The notes under the pieces were generated by a model that searched no databases, was not told the origin of the DNA, and was given only the letters and a program-made list of their open reading frames with translations. Both the position numbers and the translations under genes were made by a program. DNA of 64,000 bases from NCBI GenBank assembly GCA_965205015.1, contig OZ242029.1:2464001-2528000 (forward strand), read 5' to 3'. The stretch is from Candidatus Poribacteria bacterium. Its GTDB lineage: Bacteria; Poribacteria; WGA-4E; WGA-3G. Below, in pieces: positions 20,701 through 29,479 of the stretch (position 1 is its first letter; each line of letters begins with the position of its first letter).

Positions 20701-22866
20701 CTACACCGCTTTAAGTTTTCGCCATAGGGTTGTCCGACTGATCCCCAAACGTTGTGCAGCGAGTTGTGGCTTTCCATCGGATTCCTCCAAAACGCGTTGC
20801 ACTAATTCACGTTCCAATGCAGCAAGGGGGTTACTTTCCCTGAGTGCCTGCGCAACAATATCGTCTCTTGAGGAAATAAGATCGGGGGGTAGATGTTGCT
20901 TTTCAATGCTGCCCCCCTGACATTTGACGAAGGCGTGCTCTATAATATTCTCTAACTCTCGCACATTGCCGGGGTAGGTATAATCCACTAAGATTTCAAG
21001 GGCATCGGGTGAGGTGCGATGAATGGATTTTTGTGTTTGTTGATTGAATTTTTCGATGAAGTGTTCAATCAGGAGTGGAATGTCATCGCGTCTTTCACGG
21101 AGTGGCGGCGGGGTAATCGGGACGACATTGAGCCTGTAGTATAAATCCTCTCGGAAACGTCCGGCATCGATCTCTGTCTTCAGGATTCGATTGGTCGCTG
21201 CAATGACGCGAACATCTACTTTCTTTGTCGCCGTTGAACCGACCATTTCGTATTCGCCCTCTTGCAAGACGCGGAGCAACTTTGCTTGTGTTCCGAGACT
21301 TAACTCACCGATTTCATCAAGAAAAAGGGTGCCCCCGTCCGCAGCTGCGAATCGTCCTTTCCGCGTAGCGATGGCATCGGTAAACGCACCTTTGACATGT
21401 CCAAAGAGTTCACTCTCTAACAAATTATCAACCAAGCCAGCGCAATTGACGCGGATGAAGGGTTTTTTCGCCCTCTCGCTATTGTCGTGGATTGCATGAG
21501 CAATCGGTTCTTTGCCGGTCCCGCTCTCGCCTTGAATCAGGACGGTCGTTTTCATGGGAGCGACAAGTCGAATTAACTCAAAAATCTCCTGCATTTTCCG
21601 GTTTTTTCCAATGAGATTTCCAAACGAATGGTGCTCCTTCAGTTGGGCACTGAGTGCCTTTACCTCCGAGAGATCACGGGCAAACCCTTGGATGAATTCT
21701 CTCTCGCCATGCGCAATTCGGATGGCGCGAATTTCTAAGGGTAAACGGTTTCTGTTTTTACGCGACAGTTCCGTTTGGAAAGTAATAGGATTCTGTGGGT
21801 CAAGGTCTTTGAGCGTTTCGCTGGCTCTTTGAAATTCAGCGGGAGGCGTTAGGTCACGCAGTGAAAGATTGACGAGTTCTTGGTGTGTGTAACCCAGCCA
21901 TGCACAGAAATTTTCGTTTACGGTAACAAACGCTTCTGTCAGTGATGGACAAATGAAGATTGCGTCGTTTGACATCTCAAAAAGTGTGCGGTATCGTTTG
22001 TTGTTTTCGGCGAGTTTGTCTGTCCAATCCCCTTTTTCAATCAGAATTGAGAGTTGTCCAGCAATCGGCTTTAATCTCCTGATATGCACCTCGGAAAATG
22101 ATCGGGGTTTTTCACTGGTGAAAAAGACGACCCCAATGGGTTTACCCTGCACTTTGAGCGGAAGGGTTAGATTGGAGCGCATCCCCTCTTGGACCATTAA
22201 CCGTGTCCAGTGCGTCGGTCTTCTTGCGAGAATTTCCTTAAAATCGTCAATAATCCGCGCTTCACCTGAATTGAGGATAGGCGCAAGGCTTGATCCCTTA
22301 ATTTTCGCTGAAAACCCGTTGTCCAGCAGAATTTTTCTGTTGGATTTCGTTTTACACTGCACTAAATTACCGGAGGATTCGTCAATAAGTGCGATGCCTA
22401 ACCGGTTATGGGGCACGATGTTCTGAAGTCCAGTGTAAATATTCTCAAAGACTTCATCGAGTGTCTTTCCCAGCTGAATCTGCTCAAGGATCTCATAGAC
22501 CTGATCGGTTTCAATGGCTGCCTTAAAGACGGTATCTTCGAGACTGTTGTTTGCGTGTTCTTCAAGGGTGATTGCAACCTGAAGGGTATCCCCATGGATT
22601 CGGAGCGGATAGGTTCGGAGGTTCGGCGTGGTAATAGGACATCCACTTTTCAGATTGTATTGCCAACCGTGCCACGGACAGGTAACGACTTCACCCGCCA
22701 GTGTTCCCTCATTGAGCGGTCCCCCCTGATGCGGACAGGTGTTATTGATCGCATAAAATTCTGTCCCTGTGTTGAAGATTGCAATGTCTTCATTGTCCAA
22801 TTTGATGACGATATTCTGTCCCGGTTCAATTTCAGATGTTTTAGCGATGTTAATCCACTTCACCAT
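20701..22866 (-). CDS. Sigma-54-dependent activator with Rieske-GAF-PAS-AAA+-HTH architecture
   Basis: Rieske CPHQG/CPWHG, GAF (LTLPL..GKPIG), PAS (YRTLFEMSNDAI), GESGTGKE, ESELFGHVKGAFTDA, LFLDEIGE, FREDLYYRL, LGISRTTLWRKL. Confidence 0.93.
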   Translation of the reverse strand: MVKWINIAKTSEIEPGQNIVIKLDNEDIAIFNTGTEFYAINNTCPHQGGPLNEGTLAGEVVTCPWHGWQYNLKSGCPITTPNLRTYPLRIHGDTLQVAITLEEHANNSLEDTVFKAAIETDQVYEILEQIQLGKTLDEVFENIYTGLQNIVPHNRLGIALIDESSGNLVQCKTKSNRKILLDNGFSAKIKGSSLAPILNSGEARIIDDFKEILARRPTHWTRLMVQEGMRSNLTLPLKVQGKPIGVVFFTSEKPRSFSEVHIRRLKPIAGQLSILIEKGDWTDKLAENNKRYRTLFEMSNDAIFICPSLTEAFVTVNENFCAWLGYTHQELVNLSLRDLTPPAEFQRASETLKDLDPQNPITFQTELSRKNRNRLPLEIRAIRIAHGEREFIQGFARDLSEVKALSAQLKEHHSFGNLIGKNRKMQEIFELIRLVAPMKTTVLIQGESGTGKEPIAHAIHDNSERAKKPFIRVNCAGLVDNLLESELFGHVKGAFTDAIATRKGRFAAADGGTLFLDEIGELSLGTQAKLLRVLQEGEYEMVGSTATKKVDVRVIAATNRILKTEIDAGRFREDLYYRLNVVPITPPPLRERRDDIPLLIEHFIEKFNQQTQKSIHRTSPDALEILVDYTYPGNVRELENIIEHAFVKCQGGSIEKQHLPPDLISSRDDIVAQALRESNPLAALERELVQRVLEESDGKPQLAAQRLGISRTTLWRKLKAV

Positions 22867-22908
22867 TTTCCTCCCACGCGTGAACAAAATTTGTTACCTA
22901 TAGGTTAC

Positions 22909-22937
22909 AGAGTAGCACACGGTGAAGCGGATGTCAA
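22909..22937 (-). promoter_or_regulatory. Putative sigma-70 promoter of the activator gene
   Basis: Minus strand TTGACA-17 bp-TACTCT. Confidence 0.55.
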
Positions 22938-22943
22938 GAATTT

Positions 22944-22979
22944 TGTTTCATAAATGAAAATTGTTTCATTTATGAAATA
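22944..22979. promoter_or_regulatory. Two tandem palindromic activator-binding sites
   Basis: TGTTTCA-taaa-TGAAAAT and TGTTTCA-ttta-TGAAATA; match the perfect site at 23265. Confidence 0.65.
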
Positions 22980-22995
22980 ATCTTTATTTTTTAAC

Positions 22996-23229
22996 ACTTA
23001 CGCACGCCACTGGTAGGTGCGGTTTGATGAAGATTAAGAATTTAATTCGGCAATATGTGGGCAGGCACAAGACCTGGGGAAACACCCAAGCAAAAACCCC
23101 CTACAAAGTCTTTTTTGGGATAGGATTACCGAAATATTTATTTAAGCTTCATTAACCGCACCGGACTCGTGATAGTAACCCTTTGTGCTGTCCGAAGATA
23201 GGCGTTTCAGCTCAATTTTGCGTGAGTCC
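22996..23229. mobile_element. Nested REP/MITE-like composite element
   Basis: Concentric inverted repeats: ACTTACGCA/TGCGTGAGT; GGTGCGGTT/AACCGCACC; ATGAAGATTAA..TTCGGCAAT/ATTACCGAA..TTAAGCTTCAT; inner CCTACA-ended core. Confidence 0.6.
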
Positions 23230-23264
23230 TGTTTCTAAAACTTCAAAGCACTTAGTTCAAGTTT

Positions 23265-23282
23265 TGTTTCAGATTTGAAACA
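23265..23282. promoter_or_regulatory. Upstream activating sequence (perfect palindrome)
   Basis: TGTTTCA-gatt-TGAAACA, about 75 bp upstream of the -24 element. Confidence 0.7.
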
Positions 23283-23357
23283 TATCGAAAAAATCTGAAA
23301 TTTCATTTTACCCTGTAAAACCTTGAATTATCTCAATTGTATACGAACCTGAGGGTT

Positions 23358-23372
23358 TGGCACGAAACTTGC
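23358..23372 (+). promoter_or_regulatory. Sigma-54 (-24/-12) promoter
   Basis: TGGCAC-gaaac-TTGC matches the consensus; divergent from a sigma-54 activator gene. Confidence 0.85.
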
Positions 23373-23521
23373 GAACCTATTTATTAACGTGAGTTCCGTA
23401 TTTGTAGAGCAAACTTTTAGTTTGCGTCTCAACACTACCTACACAAACTGGCAGTTTGTGCTACAAATGTCAATATATTTTGAGGCTTTACTATAACCCT
23501 AAATTTCAGGAGGATCTAAAA

Positions 23522-23932
23522 ATGAGCCGTTATCTTGAACATGCTAACATGAGCGTGAATGACCTTGAAAAAGCGATCCATTTTCTAACGACTGCCTTCC
23601 CAGAATTTCGAGTCAGGGGCGGTGGTGATAATGCGAACGGAACGAAATGGTGCCATCTCGGGACTGACGATTTTTATATTGCATTGTCAGATCGCAAGCA
23701 TCCGTTCACAGGTGACCGTGAGGGGACCTATGTGAACCATCTCGGTTTTGCTGTTGATGACGCTGAAGGTATCAGAGAACGCATGTTGGCTGCTGGATAT
23801 AAGGAAGGTTACAAAGTCGAACCCCATCCTTACCGGAAACGCATCTATTTCATTGATGTGGACGGTTTTGAATGGGAGTTCGTCGAATACTTCACGGAGG
23901 ATCCAGCGAAACGGAACGATTATTCACAGTAA
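23522..23932 (+). CDS. VOC/glyoxalase family protein
   Basis: AGGAGG RBS; LEHANMSV, NHLGFAVDD, YFIDVDGFEWEFVEY. Confidence 0.88.
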   Translation: MSRYLEHANMSVNDLEKAIHFLTTAFPEFRVRGGGDNANGTKWCHLGTDDFYIALSDRKHPFTGDREGTYVNHLGFAVDDAEGIRERMLAAGYKEGYKVEPHPYRKRIYFIDVDGFEWEFVEYFTEDPAKRNDYSQ

Positions 23933-23965
23933 AAATAAATTGCGTTCAGGACGCGTGGCATATTA

Positions 23966-24008
23966 AAACTTGTAGGGTTCAGACATAGTGCTTGCCCTAC
24001 AAGTTTTT
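23966..24008. terminator. Bidirectional hairpin / GTAG-type REP between convergent genes
   Basis: AAAACTTGTAGGG...CCCTACAAGTTTTTT. Confidence 0.65.
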
Positions 24009-24063
24009 TAGTGTCTCGCTGGATATTCCAATGGAATGTGTGGGCAATTTCAGGATTTTGCGG

Positions 24064-25881
24064 TTAGTCTCCGTCAATAGACCAGGTGCAGTTGATATTA
24101 CTGTCCTTGTAAAATTGTTTTAGGGCTGGCTTATCGAACCACAGTTGAACCTCTTTGCCCACAATATGACCGACACTGCTTACCTTGAGGTAAAGACCAC
24201 CCGCTGTCCATCCGGGCATGATGTCATACCGTCCGGTTTGTGCGGCATAGATGCTGAGCAGTGCCAACGGTTCCATGGCGTCGAGATTTGCGATTCTATG
24301 GGTATCCTGGAGAAGTTCAGCCACGGTTTTCCCTTCATGCCCCTCTTGTAACTCCGGTTTATCCATGACCTTGCTGTGGGGGATAAAGTCATCTTCGAGC
24401 GTAAATAGTCCGCTATTGGTATGTTGTCTACCGTGAAGCAGGTTGTCGCCTATTTGCTCCGCCATTGCCAGAAATTCTGCCTTCGGTTCCACCCGATACA
24501 GATCCACCAGTGCGAAGATATAAGCGGGTTCCAAGGCGGTTGTGTCAAAATTCAACGACGGTGGCGAGTTTGTATCGGCGCCTATGTCTCCGATCCCGAA
24601 GGCTTTAAACGTCGTGCGCAGGTAGTCTCTGAACTCGCTTCTGCCTCCGGAAACCCGATAGCCACGGGCGCAAACAGAGGTAAAGAGCGGCGTGATGTTT
24701 TGCGGCAGAAATGCGCCACCCTCTTTCGCACCAAAGTAGAGTTTCTCTGTCTTGAAGGGGCCTTTTATCCGAAAGCCCGTGAGATCTGTTCCATCAATGA
24801 CAATGCTTTTCAGCGTATTGTTTTTCGGATCGTAGGAGGCGTTGAGGAAACCGATAATGTGTTGCTCAACCGCTTCTTTGATGTGTGCCATTTCGCCGAT
24901 GCGTCCGTACTTTTCGGCATTTTCTACGATAGTCAGCATGCCCATCATCTGGGTGATGGTGTGGTTCAACTGATTCCCTACATAGACTCTCGGTTCAGTC
25001 GCCTTCGGATATTTTCTGCCGAATATGTTAAGCCCGCGCCTGGAAATTTGTGGATGCACCAAATTGGGCCAGATATCGGTTTCTGGATCCCGCTGCTGTA
25101 TCATCAGATTTAAGAGGCGTTCCCCCCACATCCGCGGTGCCTCCTCCTGATTTTGGTAGCCTAAACTATAGGCGGCGTAAGCCAGATCCAACGCCACACT
25201 GATAAACGAGAGATCCTCACTGATTTCGGGGGGTTTGTATCCATCCCACGGTCTGTTCCAGGTATTGGCGTGATCGACCTGTTTCTTGAAATCACCGTGC
25301 CGGTTGTAATGTAATGCGTCCCAATCCTTGATATTTGCTTCCCAAATACCTTTCATCAGCATCTCGCCGCGGTCGGGGTCTACGGCTCTCAGCAATTCCC
25401 AGTAGGGATATACGTCCTCTATTTCATGGACAACGCCCTTCATGCCGTACCGATTCCCTGTTACCAAGTCCACATAGCCGTGTCCGCCCCAGTGCAGAAC
25501 GCCACTTTCTGGATACCAGTAGTTATTGAACATGTATTCAGCGGCTTCTCCAGCGGCATGGACATATTTGCCATCTCCAGTGAACTGGCTTAAAGAAGAC
25601 AGTAACCGCATCAGGTTCTGCTGATTCTGAAAGAAACTCCAGACGGCGGGTTTCGGTTCAGTGCCAGTGCGGTGCGATGTCATGGATCTGGGTGCCTTCA
25701 AGTGATCGGTATGAAGGCAGTCGGCAAAGAGTGGCATATCTTTGCCGCTGTATCTATCTCTCCCGTATTGTATCGCTGTATCCGCGAAACGGCTTGCCGC
25801 TTTTAGGAAGCGATTGCCCTCTATTTTGTTAGGACGCAATCGGTCTCTACCAATCCACCGATCTAATCTATTTGCGTTCAT
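24064..25881 (-). CDS. Pectate lyase family 2-like (PelW/PelY-like) protein, no evident signal peptide
   Basis: QQNLMRLLSSLSQFTGD.KY, GVLHWGGHGYVDL, HEIEDVYPYWEL, YNRHG, EPLALL resemble PL2 motifs. Confidence 0.7.
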   Translation of the reverse strand: MNANRLDRWIGRDRLRPNKIEGNRFLKAASRFADTAIQYGRDRYSGKDMPLFADCLHTDHLKAPRSMTSHRTGTEPKPAVWSFFQNQQNLMRLLSSLSQFTGDGKYVHAAGEAAEYMFNNYWYPESGVLHWGGHGYVDLVTGNRYGMKGVVHEIEDVYPYWELLRAVDPDRGEMLMKGIWEANIKDWDALHYNRHGDFKKQVDHANTWNRPWDGYKPPEISEDLSFISVALDLAYAAYSLGYQNQEEAPRMWGERLLNLMIQQRDPETDIWPNLVHPQISRRGLNIFGRKYPKATEPRVYVGNQLNHTITQMMGMLTIVENAEKYGRIGEMAHIKEAVEQHIIGFLNASYDPKNNTLKSIVIDGTDLTGFRIKGPFKTEKLYFGAKEGGAFLPQNITPLFTSVCARGYRVSGGRSEFRDYLRTTFKAFGIGDIGADTNSPPSLNFDTTALEPAYIFALVDLYRVEPKAEFLAMAEQIGDNLLHGRQHTNSGLFTLEDDFIPHSKVMDKPELQEGHEGKTVAELLQDTHRIANLDAMEPLALLSIYAAQTGRYDIMPGWTAGGLYLKVSSVGHIVGKEVQLWFDKPALKQFYKDSNINCTWSIDGD

Positions 25882-27274
25882 ACCCCCTCCGTATTACTTT
25901 TTTTATGCTTCCTTTCCGCCATGTGATAACGGCACATCCTAACACGGCAAAGCCGAAGAAAGTAAAGGGCATCTGCCACAGCAGAAAACTCATGTGCGTG
26001 TGGATAAATGAGTGTGACTTGAAAATGACATGCCATGATAGCGGTGCCAGCATTGAAAACCACGTCGTCCAGATTAATGCGATGTTCCGCTGTTGCGGCT
26101 CTGTCATCATTTTTCGGCTCCGCAAAAACAGCAGCGCAGACATGACGATAAAAAGAACGATTAGATAAGCATAGCGGACTTTCAATAGGAAGTCAGAGAC
26201 GAAAGTGTTCACGTTGGATAAATAGTTATTGAGGTCAAAGAAAATACCGTTCACGTAAGTAACGACCACCCCTACCGTTCCGGCTTCCAAACTGGCAGCG
26301 TATACAGCCGGATAGTCTTGTGCCTCTCCATACGTGCGCTTTCCGAAGGAATAGACCACATGCTCAACACCGTCCATAAACCCGTCCTTGGCGGCACCGA
26401 TCTGGAAACATAACATGATGAGACTGAAAAAAATTGCGATACCCGATCCGCACAGGGCTGCAAGCGTCCACTTCAGGTATTGGTGCCTCCTCCACTTGTC
26501 GAGGACGGCATAATAGATACACGGGGTCCCCATCATTAGCAGAGTGGTCGTAATGTACTCGTAGCCGTTGATGAAACACTTAATGGAAACCGCCATGAAG
26601 ATCAGGATCCCAAACTTGATGAACTGGCGGTTCGCCGGGATTCTGTAGCGTTTAAGGAGGGATATGACGACAATCATCGGTAGGTAGAATGCCCATAGAC
26701 TCCACCAAAGGTTCTTTCCAAAGACAGTCAACCATTGCGAAAGTACCGCCGAACCTATGACGCAGATCGCGACCCACCCGCCAAACTCGTCATAGAACCA
26801 GTTTACAATAAAGGTCAATGCGATTGCCGAGAGTAGAGCCGTTAGCACATAGAATGACCATAACTTGATTTGAGGCGATAGCGGAATGAATCTATCGAGT
26901 AGACTGAAAATTATGCCTTGCCCACCGGGTTGTGACATATAGGGCGAGAATTTATCAAAGGAGCCGCTGTTAAGATAGGTTGCATATTGATTGTCAATCT
27001 GATTTGAAGATATCCATTCCTGCTGAATATTCGTCGTAATTCCTGCCCCTGTCAGTCCACCTGATGAGAAGATACCATCTTGGCGGGATTTGACCATCCT
27101 TCCGATAATGAGACTTTCGGTGTCTCGCTGATGCGTGTCAAACCATTGCTGTTCGGCGACGTGCCATAAGTTAAAGAGAAACCCAAAACATAGGAGTCCG
27201 ATGGAGAGTGCCCATAAGGCTATCTTCCTTGCGCGTGCTGATTGACTGAGGTGTTTAAGCTGCATCGTAAACAT
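25868..27274 (-). CDS. Polytopic membrane protein, possibly GT-C / Gtr-like glycosyltransferase
   Basis: About 11-12 TM segments with an extracytoplasmic loop after TM1; Y.SQPGGQG, GYEYIT, SWHVIFKSHSFIHTH. Confidence 0.45.
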   Translation of the reverse strand: MFTMQLKHLSQSARARKIALWALSIGLLCFGFLFNLWHVAEQQWFDTHQRDTESLIIGRMVKSRQDGIFSSGGLTGAGITTNIQQEWISSNQIDNQYATYLNSGSFDKFSPYMSQPGGQGIIFSLLDRFIPLSPQIKLWSFYVLTALLSAIALTFIVNWFYDEFGGWVAICVIGSAVLSQWLTVFGKNLWWSLWAFYLPMIVVISLLKRYRIPANRQFIKFGILIFMAVSIKCFINGYEYITTTLLMMGTPCIYYAVLDKWRRHQYLKWTLAALCGSGIAIFFSLIMLCFQIGAAKDGFMDGVEHVVYSFGKRTYGEAQDYPAVYAASLEAGTVGVVVTYVNGIFFDLNNYLSNVNTFVSDFLLKVRYAYLIVLFIVMSALLFLRSRKMMTEPQQRNIALIWTTWFSMLAPLSWHVIFKSHSFIHTHMSFLLWQMPFTFFGFAVLGCAVITWRKGSIKKVIRRGYERK

Positions 27275-27476
27275 ATCGTTATGTTTGTTATACGACTCTT
27301 GTTTGTTCCTGCATCAGTTGACACTTGGATTATGCTACCACAACTCTCTCCTTTTCGCAAGCCGAAGAAAGTGGAGAAAAAACAAAAAATCACATCTTAT
27401 CCGATATATGCTATAATCTGGAGAAATCATGTTATCGTTTGCTACTTAACTATAATTGATATGACATGTCTTTATC

Positions 27477-29429
27477 ATGGCACATCACAGAAATTATGAA
27501 AATCATTGGTCAAAAAGGGCATTAATTATCGGCATCGTCTTAGCTGTTTTAGAATGTTTGATCGCGCCCTACAACGATTTTGTCATTCGGAACACCTTTC
27601 TGGCAGGGGGTCATTTCCCGCTTGCCCCGTTTTTTGCCCTAACCGTCTTGGCGCTGGTTGTGAATGCTGTCCTAAGATGCCTACATCCGAAACTCGCGCT
27701 CTCCGCTCAGGAACTCGTCGTTATCTGGTGTATCATGATTGCCGTCGCGGGTATCCCCTCATCGGGAATGATGCGCGACGCATTGTCCGCTTTCGCGGCT
27801 TACAATTATTTCGCAACCCCAGAGAACGAGTGGCGATCCCTTTTCTTCCAATACATCCCCGAATGGCGTGTCGTGCGAGATGAGACCGCGATTGCCTCCT
27901 TCTATGAAGGCGTGTCCGTCGGCGAGCGGATTCCTTGGGGCGCATGGCTGAAACCGCTCTCCGTATGGGCATTGTATATTTTAACCGCCTATTTCGTCAT
28001 GGTGTGCCTCGCTGTGATCCTCCGTAAACAGTGGATTGAGTATGAGAAATGCACGTTTCCGCTCGTTCAACTGCCTGTAGAACTCTCCGTCCATCGGTCA
28101 GGCATTGTCAATTCATTCTTCAGAAGCAGAAAGATGTGGCTCGGCTTCGCGATACCGGCGTTCATCCACACCCTAAACGGGCTGCAAGCGTATTTCCCGA
28201 CCCTCCCACACATCCCCGTCCGATTTTGGCTCGATCCGTTTCTCGTCGGCAGACCCCTCAATGCTCTAAGACCCTTTCAGATTGTCGTGCTGATGTCGAT
28301 GGTTGGATTCAGTTACCTGCTTACACTTGAAGTCGCGTTCAGCCTCTGGTTTTTCTTCCTGTTTTTCAAACTGCAATGTCTCGTCGGCAGTATGCTCGGT
28401 TTCCTCATAACGAAGGGTCCGGGTGTAAAATGGACGGCGTATTCGTTTAGCGCGGCGCAGGAAGCCGGTGCGTGTCTTACGCTTGGAGGATTTGCACTCT
28501 TCAAGGCGCGGCGGCATATCAAGCAACTATTCTTAAGCGGTTTTGGACGCGGTTCCCCGCAGTCGGATGTCCAAGAGGAACCGATGCCCGCTGGACTGAC
28601 AGTCATAGGGCTGATCGGAGGCGTGCTCCTCTTAATATACCTGAGTGTCCTGATGGGAATGTCTATCGGATTTGCCGTCCTCTTTGTGATCTTCTCGGTA
28701 GGTGTGTTTGTCGCCTTGACATGGCAGATTATCAACGGTGGTATCCCTTTTATCAATCCCTCATTTTCACCGCAAAGTTTTTTTCTCACAACCCTTGGAA
28801 CCGCACGGATGACCCCTTCAACAACAACATGGCTGTTCATGCAGCCCACCGGTTTAACCTCCCACCTAAGAGAGTTTATGATGCCGAATGTAATGAATGG
28901 ACTCAAGGCAGCGGATACCGTGAAAGCCAACCGGCGCAAACTCCTCATAGCGATGGGAGTGGCGATGGTGCTCGGATTGCTCGTTTCATATTATTCCGTG
29001 CTGAAAGTTAGTTATCAACACGGGGCGTTACACGTGCATACAGGGGGTAGCGGCGGGGTGCGCTGGCTGAGTGCCGTCCTTAACAGCCCTCCGATGGGAA
29101 CAGACTGGACGCATACCGGTTTTACACTTTTCGGCAGTGCCTTTACAATTGGATTGATGTGGATGCGAAAAGTTTTCGTCTGGTGGCCGATCCATCCGAT
29201 CGGATACACGATGCTGAGCTCGTGGGCATCGTTTAAGTTATGGTTCTCTATCCTCCTCGGTTATCTCCTGAAATACGGGATTGTGAAATACGGCGGACTC
29301 AAAGCCTATAGAGAAGCACGTCCCCTGTTTCTCGGATTAATCCTCGGTGAGATGACCTGCGCCGGACTCTGGTCGATCGTTGGAATGCTAACCGGTGTCC
29401 AAACCGGCTATCGCATCTTATTGGATTGA
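27477..29429 (+). CDS. DUF6785/DUF6784-type polytopic membrane protein
   Basis: FATPENEW, RKQW..EK.TFPL.QLP, WWPIHPIGY, PLFLGLILGE. Confidence 0.7.
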   Translation: MAHHRNYENHWSKRALIIGIVLAVLECLIAPYNDFVIRNTFLAGGHFPLAPFFALTVLALVVNAVLRCLHPKLALSAQELVVIWCIMIAVAGIPSSGMMRDALSAFAAYNYFATPENEWRSLFFQYIPEWRVVRDETAIASFYEGVSVGERIPWGAWLKPLSVWALYILTAYFVMVCLAVILRKQWIEYEKCTFPLVQLPVELSVHRSGIVNSFFRSRKMWLGFAIPAFIHTLNGLQAYFPTLPHIPVRFWLDPFLVGRPLNALRPFQIVVLMSMVGFSYLLTLEVAFSLWFFFLFFKLQCLVGSMLGFLITKGPGVKWTAYSFSAAQEAGACLTLGGFALFKARRHIKQLFLSGFGRGSPQSDVQEEPMPAGLTVIGLIGGVLLLIYLSVLMGMSIGFAVLFVIFSVGVFVALTWQIINGGIPFINPSFSPQSFFLTTLGTARMTPSTTTWLFMQPTGLTSHLREFMMPNVMNGLKAADTVKANRRKLLIAMGVAMVLGLLVSYYSVLKVSYQHGALHVHTGGSGGVRWLSAVLNSPPMGTDWTHTGFTLFGSAFTIGLMWMRKVFVWWPIHPIGYTMLSSWASFKLWFSILLGYLLKYGIVKYGGLKAYREARPLFLGLILGEMTCAGLWSIVGMLTGVQTGYRILLD

Positions 29430-29479
29430 GATATGAAAGGTTCATAGATGTGTGGAAATCACACGAAGGAAGGTAAACT

